Below, one piece after another: positions 8,717 through 18,846 of a DNA stretch of 50,138 nt (positions within the stretch are counted from its first letter, which is position 1; every line of letters starts with the position of its first letter). The DNA comes from an uncultured virus (IMG/VR IMGVR_UViG_2875207988_000001) (Duplodnaviria > Heunggongvirae > Uroviricota > Caudoviricetes). A model generated the notes under the pieces. That model was given only the letters and a program-made list of their open reading frames with translations. It made no database searches and was not told the DNA's origin. The stretch is taken from IMG/VR virus record IMGVR_UViG_2875207988_000001, positions 1 to 50,138 of that record; one strand, written 5' to 3'. Position numbers and translations under genes: made by a program.

Positions 8717-9100
8717 CTAAATTTCAAAACTGGCATCAAACGACAAATTAGGGTCATTATTTTCGGCGATTAAATCGTCATCTGATAACTGTAAAACTGT
8801 GTGAATATCTGCCTTACGCATTTTGTAATCTGGCGTAACCGCGACGCTCAACACATTGGCAATTCGATCATCCTGCTCCAGCGCCTCGACAATTTTGTCT
8901 GCCGCCAAATCTGCATTATCATTTTCACCAAAGAAGTCCAACCACTCGACGCCAAATTCAACATCGTTAGACGCCCAACCAACCTGTGAGAGTAGCCGCA
9001 TCTCTAAGGACTGCTTTAGCTCCTCAATGCCGTTTACCATAGCCGTGCCGTTCGTTGGATCTGGATTGCCATTCTCATCTAGTTCAACATCAACACTCAC
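8717..9100 (-). CDS. Baseplate/sheath initiator protein (gp25/DUF2634-like)
   Basis: GW..D.EFGVEW...L..D.RI..V motif; synteny. Confidence 0.72.
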   Translation of the reverse strand: MSVDVELDENGNPDPTNGTAMVNGIEELKQSLEMRLLSQVGWASNDVEFGVEWLDFFGENDNADLAADKIVEALEQDDRIANVLSVAVTPDYKMRKADIHTVLQLSDDDLIAENNDPNLSFDASFEI

Positions 9101-9453
9101 TTGATCACCCCCAGCACAATGCTTGAGTCGATACTATTCGCTCGGTAGGGGTCAGCGTGGTAATTCTCCCCTTTTTTGAAGACTGGCGCACCTTCTGAAA
9201 CGACTACCACAAGCACCTCATCTCCTACCTCTAAGGGGCGAGCTTTACCGTCCTTGATAAACATGCCAAAGTCTAACTGTCCCACATTACGAACTGCCGT
9301 TTGTTTCTTACCATCCTCTGTCAGAGCTCGGGGCTGAACCGTTAGCGGCGAAGTGGCAATTACCGCAGCTCGATACACGCCTTTTAGGCCTCTGATTTTC
9401 GCAATGATTCGCTGATCAATCAGCGACAAAAGCAGGTTCTCACCTCCTTTCAT
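9097..9453 (-). CDS. Putative baseplate spike (Gp138-like N-terminal OB fold)
   Basis: TVQP...L.VGDEVLVV motif; synteny. Confidence 0.6.
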   Translation of the reverse strand: MKGGENLLLSLIDQRIIAKIRGLKGVYRAAVIATSPLTVQPRALTEDGKKQTAVRNVGQLDFGMFIKDGKARPLEVGDEVLVVVVSEGAPVFKKGENYHADPYRANSIDSSIVLGVIK

Positions 9454-9462
9454 CTAGTCACC

Positions 9463-10770
9463 TCATTTCTTTTTAGCCTTAGCCTGACGTCTGGCCCGTT
9501 TAGCCTTCACGGAATTGCGTTCCTTAGCGTCCTTAGCTCTGTCATTTTTGGCCTTGAGCTTAGCTTTGGCTTTATCCTTATCGGCAGCGGCCTTAGCCTT
9601 TTTGAGTCTGGACTCATTAGCCTTCTTGTACGCAGCTAGTGGAACGAACTGGAAAGTCACCGTACTAGAAGATGACGTGTATTCACGCTGACCACCTAGC
9701 ACTACGCACTTACCAAGATTCTTGACACCATCATCTACATAGACTAGAGCCCCGACATAAATCTCCTTACGCATCAGTGACTGAGCTTCATATTTCTGCC
9801 CGCTATAGGAACCATCATCACTTGGCGTTGGGTGAGTTAGTAACCCCGTCTCTGGTGTTAGATGGAGCTTGGCCTTCTGACCAGTGGTAATCTCACGAAT
9901 ATAAAGCTTGCCGTTGTAGATATAGACCGTCGTGCTAGCAATATCGGCTAATTTTTTAATGGCATTGATAGGCTTACCACTTACTGTGTAGTCGTTCGCA
10001 AATCTGTGATTGTAGACCAGCTTAACCGGTCCCAATGGAATCTTTGCCTTCTTGGCAATCGTACGAATAGCCGTGGAGACATAAGTTCCCTTCTTAAAAG
10101 ACAGGTTCGCATACTTAATTTGCTTTGCGTACTTCGCCTTTGACTTCTTCTGTTTCGTCGTCTGCGTGTATTTTTTGCGAGTTTTAGACGCATAGTCCTT
10201 TCGCTGAGCAGCAATTTTCTTACGTTCAATCCCTCGATCATGCGACGTTGCATTAGGATTGCTACGTAACCAAGCATTCAGTTCCCTAGTCTTTTTCTGG
10301 TTATACTGGCGGATTCGGTCAGTGGCACTCTTGCCGCTGGCTTTTTTTCGCGTATTCTTTGTTTGCGTGACGCGAACTTTAGTCACCTTACGGACTTTGA
10401 GGACATCCCCACTGATGTCTGGAAAATGGTTAAAGTTGACTTGCACCGTTCGGTCCACACCATCTTGTGCCATCGGAGTAGAAGACTTGATGGTCCCCTT
10501 AGTAATCTGGCCACCATTTTTTGCTGTGGCATCGGCATTGTAAAAGCCCGCCGTTGCCGTAACCGTCCGGCCTTCTAGAAAGATACCAAACTCATCCGAC
10601 GTCAGATTGTACATCGTCAGCTGGTTCATGTCTGGATTAATTCCCGTTGAAAATGGTGAGGTCAGTTCCATCGTCCCATTATGCGGTGCTTTGTCCCAGG
10701 ATAAAAACTCCTTACGATGTTTTTTCGGCCAAGTCACGTAGATTCGCATATAGCGGTGAACCAAATCCAT
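9463..10770 (-). CDS. Baseplate hub protein with Lys-rich insertions
   Basis: YNL and L.PETGLL..P hub motifs; synteny. Confidence 0.7.
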   Translation of the reverse strand: MDLVHRYMRIYVTWPKKHRKEFLSWDKAPHNGTMELTSPFSTGINPDMNQLTMYNLTSDEFGIFLEGRTVTATAGFYNADATAKNGGQITKGTIKSSTPMAQDGVDRTVQVNFNHFPDISGDVLKVRKVTKVRVTQTKNTRKKASGKSATDRIRQYNQKKTRELNAWLRSNPNATSHDRGIERKKIAAQRKDYASKTRKKYTQTTKQKKSKAKYAKQIKYANLSFKKGTYVSTAIRTIAKKAKIPLGPVKLVYNHRFANDYTVSGKPINAIKKLADIASTTVYIYNGKLYIREITTGQKAKLHLTPETGLLTHPTPSDDGSYSGQKYEAQSLMRKEIYVGALVYVDDGVKNLGKCVVLGGQREYTSSSSTVTFQFVPLAAYKKANESRLKKAKAAADKDKAKAKLKAKNDRAKDAKERNSVKAKRARRQAKAKKK

Positions 10771-11255
10771 TACTCACCACCTCCCCCACTTTGGATAAAG
10801 TCCAAGTCGTCCAGTTCATCTAAGTCATCGTCATCATCGGGTTCGTCCGTTTCATCGGCATCAAAGTCCATGCTGGTCTCATCCCCGTCTGGGTTGAAGA
10901 TTCCTTCATCCGTATTACCTGGATCAAGTTCGCCAGGGAAAGTATCATCCTCAGCAATCCAAATATCCCGATTAACATTAGCAAAATTCACCACAGTGGA
11001 TTTGCCCGTTTCGTCGATCATCACTAAGTCCTCACGAGGCAGATTCTCATCATTTACCCCCGCAAAAAGCCGCTCACCAGCAACCAGTTTTTCACTGGTA
11101 ATTAGGTCCTCACCATTTTCATCTCGCAAAGTGATGTAAAGCCGATCGTTGACATGGTTGTACCAGATTTCAGCTTCGTAATCGATGCCACTAAGCGTTA
11201 CGTTAAACGTTTCAGGAAGCTGATACTTATTAAAATTAATCGTGTTTCGGTACAT
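10770..11255 (-). CDS. Baseplate plug-like protein with acidic tail
   Basis: LPE.F.V.L.G.Y...YN..NDR..ITL.D..GE.LI..EKLV motif. Confidence 0.65.
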   Translation of the reverse strand: MYRNTINFNKYQLPETFNVTLSGIDYEAEIWYNHVNDRLYITLRDENGEDLITSEKLVAGERLFAGVNDENLPREDLVMIDETGKSTVVNFANVNRDIWIAEDDTFPGELDPGNTDEGIFNPDGDETSMDFDADETDEPDDDDDLDELDDLDFIQSGGGGE

Positions 11256-11265
11256 TAAAGCTCAC

Positions 11266-12270
11266 CTACTTTACCCGAATTTTTTTACCAATTGGTAGCG
11301 CTTTGTCAGGGAACCCGTTCCAGCTTCTTAGTTTGGCAATTGAGGTCCCAAAACTCACATGATACCCCCAGTAAGTGTCCCCTTTCTTAATAGTCAGATA
11401 CTTACCAGCCTTGGGTTTATTGGTTTTGCGGGTCCCCTTAGTAGGCGTTTTCTTTCCAGTATTATTACTCTTCTTAGTGATCGTTTTACTTTTAGATTTC
11501 TTACTGACCTCACTTTTGGCCCATTTCACATCTTCAATCGTAATCGAGACAGGAATTGCATTATCTCGAGGCGCATCATAAGTCGAAGCAACCGACGTTA
11601 GGACCGCGTGATTACTTTGGCGTTGTCCATGATGCAATTCTGTTTCAGTTCCGTTGGTGGACCAGCGTTTTAATCGATCAAGCTGCTCCTTCAGGCCTTT
11701 CATCTTCGATATCAGCGAGCCACCCAGCTTCCCATCAATTTGATGTTGTACCGGCGACGTCTGCGTATAGTGATTGACGTACTGACCTGGGGCAATTGAG
11801 TTAGTGGTCAGGTCGGTCGTGACCGTTTCACTCTCGGTTGTATTGTCGATGTACACGTAGCTATTAATACTTCGTGGATATTTGGGAATGACGAAAGGCC
11901 TCTTAGCCTTCCAGTACCCCGGCTTATCCTTCTGCATTTTCGCAATGATCTTTTTCTTCAGTTTGAGAGACGCCTTTCGCCGCTCAGCAGCCTGGCTTTT
12001 TTTGAAAGCAGCCAAGTTACTTTTGGCCTTGTTGTACGTCCCTTTAGTCTTATTAGCTTTTCCCTTGGCCTTTTTTGTTGATTCAGTGGCTCGTTTGATT
12101 TTCCCATCAAGCGAGTTCTTTTCGGTGGTAGTCTTGGCTTTAGACCGTCTCGACTTCAACTCGCTCAACTTTTTATTGTTGGCGTTATAGGTGTTCTTGG
12201 CCTTGTTATAAGCAGATTTGGCCTTAGTCAACTGAGAATTGTATGATTTCAACGTCTTCTTTTTCGCCAT
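11266..12270 (-). CDS. Tail tube initiator/Dit-like protein with C-terminal LysM
   Basis: C-terminal YLTIKKGDTYWG...GTSIAKLRSWN...LPIGKKIRVK LysM; follows tape measure. Confidence 0.8.
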   Translation of the reverse strand: MAKKKTLKSYNSQLTKAKSAYNKAKNTYNANNKKLSELKSRRSKAKTTTEKNSLDGKIKRATESTKKAKGKANKTKGTYNKAKSNLAAFKKSQAAERRKASLKLKKKIIAKMQKDKPGYWKAKRPFVIPKYPRSINSYVYIDNTTESETVTTDLTTNSIAPGQYVNHYTQTSPVQHQIDGKLGGSLISKMKGLKEQLDRLKRWSTNGTETELHHGQRQSNHAVLTSVASTYDAPRDNAIPVSITIEDVKWAKSEVSKKSKSKTITKKSNNTGKKTPTKGTRKTNKPKAGKYLTIKKGDTYWGYHVSFGTSIAKLRSWNGFPDKALPIGKKIRVK

Positions 12271-12298
12271 GAGACTGCCTCCTTTTATTTTTTCTATG

Positions 12299-12330
12299 TA
12301 AAAGGCCTCCCATCGCTGAGAGGCCTATTT
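12299..12330 (-). terminator. Possible intrinsic terminator after tape measure gene
   Basis: AGGCCTC-N10-GAGGCCT inverted repeat with short T runs. Confidence 0.45.
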
Positions 12331-12331
12331 T

Positions 12332-15300
12332 CTATTCTGCTGACATGAGCTTAGCGGCCAAATTGTTCATCTTAGCCTCGAAATCACGCTGGCCCTTGGT
12401 CTCCTGCTTAGCAATCGTCTTGCGTACAGCTTCGGGATCGCTGACGGCTTGAATCACGTACTTAGGACTGTACGTAATTTGTGGACGAAGAACCATCCCG
12501 CCCTTAGAAGGTTGGGTAGTCGATACACTTTGCTTAGAGAACTTGGTCTGCGATTCTTTCATCTTGGCAAACTCATGTTGCATTTTCGCAAATGTCCTGA
12601 GCTGACCAAACATGCTATTGGGTGCCTTATTGGCGCGATCACTCATGGCTTCCAGCAAGAGTTTATCTGCTGACGGACGACTTGTGTTAATGGCAACTTC
12701 GTTTTGGCCTTTAGCCTCGCCAAAAACGTTGACCTTACCATTTTCAGCCCAACCACCGTTAGCATACCAATTGTGTGCATGTCGAAACGCTAAAGCTTTA
12801 CCAATAGTGCCATAGCGGCTCTTGATATAAGACTTATACCATTTCAATTGAGTAATTGGATTTGTTCGCCAATCAGAACCCGCAGAAGCCATTTTGGAAC
12901 CGGGAAGGGATTGTGGCAGCCCATAAGCCCCAGATGGATTTGAGGCCTTAGGATTCCATCCTGATTCTTTAGAAATAATCTCATTCGTAGCATTCCACCA
13001 TGATTCAGGAATACCAGCCTGTTTAAGCCAATGTTTGTGACTGCCAGCTGGTGCCGAACTTGTTCCGGCTGAACCACCATCGTCCTTAGGAGCAAGTTTA
13101 TTGCTAACCCATTTGAGGCGATTACCAAGCTCAGACTTAACCAGCTTGGACAGTGCTGAATTCTTCGCCTTAGACTTTGGCTTGGCAAGACCAGAACTTT
13201 TACCATGCATTTTAGTAACATCGTACCAACCACGGGTGCTTTCTCCACCGTGATTCCAAAGCGATCCATGAGAAACTCCAACGTGTAAATGGGCCCCGCT
13301 ACCGGATCCATTTAGCGGTCCGAGAGTACCAATGACTTGACCGGTCTTAACCTGGTCACCCACCGATACTTTGATATTTTTCATGCTACCAAATTCCTGA
13401 TAGATTTCCTGCCAGCCATCGTCACTCTTAATCGTAATGACCTTACCCAAGGCCCCTGGAGCCCAGACAGGATTACCAGCACGTGTTACGGTCCCACCAT
13501 GAAAAGCACGGAATGGTGTTCCCAAACTAGCGCCAAAGTCAACACCATCGTGTGGGAATCCCCGTCCAGCACTCTCTCCAAAGTTTTGACCATTTCCACC
13601 AGTGCTCCAACCAGATCCTGGACTGTGGGCCCAGTTACCGCCCGCACCAGCGCCACCAGACATAGCATCTTTCAACTGTGACCAAACTTCGGCATTCCAC
13701 GGAACACCAACGTGATTAGTGGCCCCTTTGGAAGTCGCCATCAAACTTTTCCCAAGGAAGGTACTCTTTTCGTCTTTCAGATTACCGGTAAAGTCACGAC
13801 CCCAAGCCTTCTTAGGGTCCTTAGCACTGTTCTTGATCAGACGTTTAAGTCCGCCAGTGCCTTTAGCAAAGTGTGGTAAAGCACCAACATCCTGCAACTG
13901 AGCGGTTTCAGTCCCATTCAGGACTTCATCCCCTGGTCCCAGTGGCATAACCACATCATTACCCTTAGGCAAGTAAGCATGCCCATTCGGTTTAATAATA
14001 GCTTCTTGCCGTGGTCCGACCTTTGCATCATTCACAACGGCCATCGTGTGCTTACTGATGGGCCCCTTGCTACCTTGAGCGTAGTGGATCAGTGGTAAGA
14101 CGCTGCCACCGCCACCAAACTTGTTCAATACGGTATTAATTCCTCCGATACCACCATTGAGCTGTTTGATTGCTGCAGCCATCTCTTTATGGGCATATCC
14201 CGACAACTTACCGAAAATCTTGTCAAAGTCCGATACCATGGCCTGCGTAACGGAGTTCATCCCTTTATGCAGCTGGTTCATTTGAACCATTGATCCCTTC
14301 TGCATGGTGTCAAAATCACTGACAGTGTTTTTACGAATCGTATCGGTTCGCTTGCCAGTATCCTTCTGAATGCCGGTAAACTCACTTAGATTAGTTTTGC
14401 TGAGAAGCTTGACGCTCTTAGTCGAATCCTTTTGCATTGATGACCAAGACTTCTTAGACCCCTTTTGTAACTTGGTCAGAGACTTCAGCGAAGTCTTGGA
14501 CGAAGCGCCATATGCATCAAACTTGAGGCTCACTGACCCCTTATTCTTCTTACCTTTAACGAGCTTTGCCGTTCCACTTGCATAGCCTGGAAGCGTCATT
14601 CCCCGTCCAAGACCGCCAGCAGCGACGTTAGCAGAATCTTTGGCATTCAGAATTCGTTCGCCGGGTTTAACCCGTGCCAACGTTGGTCCATTTTTACCAA
14701 GCCAGCGCATGTAGCCTTGGCCCGGATGATAGGCCATTTCAGGACCAGCTTCACCCACTAAAGCCATGTGACTGGTAGACATTAGCCCACCGGCCGCATG
14801 ACCTTTAGCCTTGGAAGAACCCTTAGATGACTTACCACCACCAAACCAGCCTTCTACCGACTTGATTGGGTGCTTCATAAATCCACCGACACTCTTACCA
14901 AAACTAACTAAACCATCCCAGATTGACTTGATAATATCCTTGAAGACATTGCCAATTGTGCCAAAAATACCAGAGAAGATTTGCTTAGCGTCTTTCCAGG
15001 CATCTTTCCAACGGCCATGGATTAAATCCGATACCAACGCAAATGAACCAGACACCGTTTTAATCAAGCCTTCAAGGATATCAGCAACAACCTTGATTGT
15101 CGTTTTGACAACGGCACCAAATACTTTAAAAGCCGTGCCAGCAATCTTCATCGTAGGAACCAGAATTACCTTGAAGATCTTCAACGTGTCTTTAATCGCC
15201 GCGCTACCATTCTTACCAGATAGTGGCTTTACAACGTAACGATTCCAGGCTTTTGAAATCCCCTTAGTAGCTGATCCCCACACCTTTGTAATTGATTTAA

Positions 15301-17599
15301 TGGTCGTCTTGAACGGACTGAGCAGCCCACTAAATGTCTTCTTAATGCTAGAAACGGCCGAGCCAATCGACTTCTTAAACTTCTTAGGAAGTGACTTTTG
15401 AATGGTTGCACCAAGCTTAGTTCCCAGTGCTTGACCAATTGCCGCACCGGCCATGCCCCCAAGCGGACCAAGCATCGATCCTATAGCGCCACCGGCCAGC
15501 ATCCCCCCGGCTGAACCAACCTTTTTACCAGCATTCTTTTTGTTCATGCCAATCAGATTGGTTCCAGCCATTGCAACGTCAAGTACTGGTACTCGTGACG
15601 CAACCTTGCCGCCTAGTTTAGCTACCTTACCACCAAACTTTGCGACGCTTCCAAGCCTACTATTCTTAACGAAGTTAGCTCCACTCTTAGCCAGATTCCA
15701 GCCACCTTTAGCCTTACCACCAACCCACGATGCACCTGAAGCAATGCCGGACTTAGCTGTATCCATTCTGGATAGTAATGTCCGGCCTGGACTTACATTG
15801 GATACAACTTTTCTGGTAGTTGCGTGAACTGTTCGACGGCCTTGCCGCATTCCAATCCAATCAACACCATTGGCGACTAGACTTCCAGGCACTCTGGCAC
15901 GTTTACTAAAATGGGTCGTTCCAGAACGATCACTAAAATTTTTAGGATTATTCTTACCCTGACCAACGCCTAAGAATCCAGCAACCTGATCTGCAATTCC
16001 TAGCTTACCTTTGCTACCCCCACCTAGCTTAGTGAGTGAGGTTAACGCACCATGAATCTTCAGTAGTGACCCTGCCAGTAAAGCCAGAGGTCCTACCACG
16101 GCTGCTAGACCGACACCTAAGCTGATAAACTTTTTGGTGGGTTCTGGTAGCGCTTGAAATCCTTCAAGCATATCTGCCAAAGCCTTCGTTATTTTCGTCA
16201 GCGAAGGCATCCATGCATTGGCGATATTTACGCCAGAATTCAGAAGACCCTGTTTAAATCGATTCCATTGGTTTTGGAAAGTGTTCAAGTTCTTTTCAGA
16301 TAACTCAGCCACATATCCCTTGCCGTGGTTCATATTCTGAGACTTCTGAACCTTTTTATCCAAGGCATCTACTTGCTTATAACTAGTTCCCAAAGCTTGA
16401 GCAGCTGAAGAAGCGTTCACACCAAAAAGGGCCGCATAAATCGCGCCCTTATCCGTCTGACTCATCTTCATTTTGTCCATCTTGGTAGCTAGCTTGCCAA
16501 AGATATCTTGAATCGGTAAAAGTTCTTTCTTAGAATCACGAAAATCACTGTAGCTTAACCCTAGCTTCTTCATTGCGTCAGGCGCTTTACCTTTGCTTGG
16601 CGGGTTAACCAGGCGTTGATAAATCTGTCGCATTGAAGTACCGGCTTGACTACCATCTATCCCAAAATTCGAAATATCACCAATCGCCGCAACAGTCGTA
16701 TGAAGAGATTGATGAGCAGCGTGTGCATCAGGCCCAGAGAACTTGAGAGCTTCTCCCAAATTTCCAAAACTAGTCGCCGTTAAGTCAGCTGAGTAGGCCA
16801 TCTGGTTAATGGCTGTCTTACTAGCGGCTGCCATCCCCTTAACTGAATTGACTTTCATGCCAAATTGTTCGATTGCCGACGCCGCATTATTCACGACGTC
16901 GGAATAGGAGTCGCCAGAGGCAATAGCCCCTTGAAGATAGGATTTCTGTGACCCGAGTGCTTGATTGGTCGTATAACCACGTCTGATCAGCGTCTCATAT
17001 CCTTCACCAATCTTTTTAGTAGAAACGCCATAAGCATCCGAATACTTTGTCCCATCTTTCTGCATAGCGGCTACGTTCTTCGTGACCTCAGCCTGTCGCT
17101 CACCACCAGTAACGGCTAAGTTGGTGATAACCTTGTAACGATTTTGAAGATTGGTAGCAGTCTTAATTGCGAGGCCAGTACCAGCTACAATTGCAGCCGT
17201 TGCAGCTGTTGCCTTCCTACCAAACGATTGCATCTTATTGCCCAATCCGGTCAAGTCTCGACTTTGCTGCTTGAAGTATGAAGTGCCACCAGCTTTTTTC
17301 ATTGTTCGTGAGAGTTTGGTAGTCTGAATAGTTGTCCAATTAATCTTGCTACCAGTGCGACCAATCGCCCCGGTTAGACTATCAAATCCGCGGGTCTCTT
17401 GCCGAATGTTCTCGGGAATACGGCTATTACTGGCCTCGCGGTTCAGCTTACCAACAGCTGTTCTAGCACCTTCAACGGACTTGCTCAGCCCCGGAACTAG
17501 CTTGTCAAGTTGTTGAATGGTCTTCTTCATCCCATCGAGATTAGAAAGGCCATCAATATTAATGCGGTAATTAATTCTGTCGCCAGCAATATCAGGCAT
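12332..17599 (-). CDS. Tape measure protein (TP901-type core, M23 peptidase, lytic transglycosylase)
   Basis: 1755 aa; GIDGSQAGT..R core, HDGVDF...HLH M23 motif, IISKESGWNP.A.N..GAYGLPQ SLT motif. Confidence 0.95.
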   Translation of the reverse strand: MPDIAGDRINYRINIDGLSNLDGMKKTIQQLDKLVPGLSKSVEGARTAVGKLNREASNSRIPENIRQETRGFDSLTGAIGRTGSKINWTTIQTTKLSRTMKKAGGTSYFKQQSRDLTGLGNKMQSFGRKATAATAAIVAGTGLAIKTATNLQNRYKVITNLAVTGGERQAEVTKNVAAMQKDGTKYSDAYGVSTKKIGEGYETLIRRGYTTNQALGSQKSYLQGAIASGDSYSDVVNNAASAIEQFGMKVNSVKGMAAASKTAINQMAYSADLTATSFGNLGEALKFSGPDAHAAHQSLHTTVAAIGDISNFGIDGSQAGTSMRQIYQRLVNPPSKGKAPDAMKKLGLSYSDFRDSKKELLPIQDIFGKLATKMDKMKMSQTDKGAIYAALFGVNASSAAQALGTSYKQVDALDKKVQKSQNMNHGKGYVAELSEKNLNTFQNQWNRFKQGLLNSGVNIANAWMPSLTKITKALADMLEGFQALPEPTKKFISLGVGLAAVVGPLALLAGSLLKIHGALTSLTKLGGGSKGKLGIADQVAGFLGVGQGKNNPKNFSDRSGTTHFSKRARVPGSLVANGVDWIGMRQGRRTVHATTRKVVSNVSPGRTLLSRMDTAKSGIASGASWVGGKAKGGWNLAKSGANFVKNSRLGSVAKFGGKVAKLGGKVASRVPVLDVAMAGTNLIGMNKKNAGKKVGSAGGMLAGGAIGSMLGPLGGMAGAAIGQALGTKLGATIQKSLPKKFKKSIGSAVSSIKKTFSGLLSPFKTTIKSITKVWGSATKGISKAWNRYVVKPLSGKNGSAAIKDTLKIFKVILVPTMKIAGTAFKVFGAVVKTTIKVVADILEGLIKTVSGSFALVSDLIHGRWKDAWKDAKQIFSGIFGTIGNVFKDIIKSIWDGLVSFGKSVGGFMKHPIKSVEGWFGGGKSSKGSSKAKGHAAGGLMSTSHMALVGEAGPEMAYHPGQGYMRWLGKNGPTLARVKPGERILNAKDSANVAAGGLGRGMTLPGYASGTAKLVKGKKNKGSVSLKFDAYGASSKTSLKSLTKLQKGSKKSWSSMQKDSTKSVKLLSKTNLSEFTGIQKDTGKRTDTIRKNTVSDFDTMQKGSMVQMNQLHKGMNSVTQAMVSDFDKIFGKLSGYAHKEMAAAIKQLNGGIGGINTVLNKFGGGGSVLPLIHYAQGSKGPISKHTMAVVNDAKVGPRQEAIIKPNGHAYLPKGNDVVMPLGPGDEVLNGTETAQLQDVGALPHFAKGTGGLKRLIKNSAKDPKKAWGRDFTGNLKDEKSTFLGKSLMATSKGATNHVGVPWNAEVWSQLKDAMSGGAGAGGNWAHSPGSGWSTGGNGQNFGESAGRGFPHDGVDFGASLGTPFRAFHGGTVTRAGNPVWAPGALGKVITIKSDDGWQEIYQEFGSMKNIKVSVGDQVKTGQVIGTLGPLNGSGSGAHLHVGVSHGSLWNHGGESTRGWYDVTKMHGKSSGLAKPKSKAKNSALSKLVKSELGNRLKWVSNKLAPKDDGGSAGTSSAPAGSHKHWLKQAGIPESWWNATNEIISKESGWNPKASNPSGAYGLPQSLPGSKMASAGSDWRTNPITQLKWYKSYIKSRYGTIGKALAFRHAHNWYANGGWAENGKVNVFGEAKGQNEVAINTSRPSADKLLLEAMSDRANKAPNSMFGQLRTFAKMQHEFAKMKESQTKFSKQSVSTTQPSKGGMVLRPQITYSPKYVIQAVSDPEAVRKTIAKQETKGQRDFEAKMNNLAAKLMSAE

Positions 17600-17850
17600 T
17601 ACGACCCCTCCTTAGCTCCAAAGGCTAAGGCAATCGCGGAAGCCTGCGTGTACTTATTCATTTTCGTACGTTGCTCCGTCGCATACTGTAGGATGCTTAG
17701 TTCGTTACCCGACATATGACTGATTTCTTCACGAGTAATATTGACTGCCCCGTGAATATAAGCAGACCACTCCATCGCTAATTCAGCATTACGAGCAAAG
17801 ATCTTCTCAATCTGGCGCTTATTGAAGAAAGTATTAGTTCTGGAGATAAA
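17599..17850 (-). CDS. Tail assembly chaperone C-terminal extension (+1 frame, gpGT-like)
   Basis: Open +1 frame from TTT at 17850 to a TAA overlapping the tape measure ATG; no good RBS. Confidence 0.65.
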   Translation of the reverse strand, partial: FISRTNTFFNKRQIEKIFARNAELAMEWSAYIHGAVNITREEISHMSGNELSILQYATEQRTKMNKYTQASAIALAFGAKEGS

Positions 17851-18373
17851 ACGTGACGATGATGCTCATCACATCATCTAGTTCTGCCTTAGTCATGCCA
17901 ATTTGAGACAAACTTTCAAGCGATGCCTTGTGAATTGGCGCCCGGTTAACTAAGATAACGCGCACAATTTCACTTAAAATCATCTTATAAACGCCCAAAT
18001 TGTTGACGGTCAAGAATCGTTCACCATCAGCGGTTTCGTTAATACGTACTTGACTATCAGACAGCTTCGTGCTGACCTCTAAATCAGGCTTTACGACCGT
18101 AATTCGTAAGTTTTTACCGTTTTTTAAGTCATAATCAAGGTTAAAGTTATCATCAACTTTAATTTCTTGATCATCTTTACGGCTAACTGACGGCAGAGTG
18201 TCGACTACTTCAGGATGTGTATCTGCTTGTTTTTGCTTATCAGTCGGGTTTGCAACAGAAGTTGCATTGCCAGTTACCGTAGATTTTACGGAATCTGTTA
18301 CAGTGTTAGAACCCCCAGGAACGCCTTCTGCAGGGTTATTGTTTTCAGTAATTACATCGTCTTGATTATTCAT
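17834..18373 (-). CDS. Tail assembly chaperone (gpG-like)
   Basis: Between tube and tape measure genes; AGGAGG RBS. Confidence 0.75.
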   Translation of the reverse strand: MNNQDDVITENNNPAEGVPGGSNTVTDSVKSTVTGNATSVANPTDKQKQADTHPEVVDTLPSVSRKDDQEIKVDDNFNLDYDLKNGKNLRITVVKPDLEVSTKLSDSQVRINETADGERFLTVNNLGVYKMILSEIVRVILVNRAPIHKASLESLSQIGMTKAELDDVMSIIVTFYLQN

Positions 18374-18395
18374 GAAATCCTCCTAATTTATATGC

Positions 18396-18833
18396 CTAAG
18401 CTGCCTTGTTGCCTTCCAGACTGATCTTGTTGCAAGAGAATCCAGCATCGACCGTCTGCGCACCGCCGCCAACGTTGATATCTGGGTTCTTGGTGAGCAA
18501 TGCCTTGCTTGAAAATACATGTTCGTATGGCGTAGTAATGTCGATTTTGTGATACCCGGTTGAGGCACCAAATCCCATAACATCTTGCCAAGTATCTGAT
18601 GCGCGGTTTAAATGCAGCGTGATAGTCCCACGGCCATCATGATTCTTAACCGCCGTCCCTGCACCTTGTGCATCAATTTCAAGAGTGACATTGTCGGTTG
18701 TCCAAGAGATAGAAGCCATATCATTACCATTGAAATACTTGACCAATTTGTCATCCAAATAAATGGCGACATCGGCTGCATCAAATAGTGGTTCATCATC
18801 TTCTAGTGCTTGGTTTGCTAAATTTTCAGCCAT
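18396..18833 (-). CDS. Tail tube protein
   Basis: DAQG......N.D.RGTIT..L...S motif; follows sheath. Confidence 0.8.
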   Translation of the reverse strand: MAENLANQALEDDEPLFDAADVAIYLDDKLVKYFNGNDMASISWTTDNVTLEIDAQGAGTAVKNHDGRGTITLHLNRASDTWQDVMGFGASTGYHKIDITTPYEHVFSSKALLTKNPDINVGGGAQTVDAGFSCNKISLEGNKAA

Positions 18834-18846
18834 TATTTTTCCCCCT

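Noticed and set aside
9463..12270. Lys-rich segments in baseplate proteins as a separate system
   Set aside because: Low-complexity basic insertions with no further supportable pattern
12449..15827. Plus-strand ORFs overlapping the tape measure and other structural genes
   Set aside because: Antisense shadow ORFs without RBS or recognisable motifs
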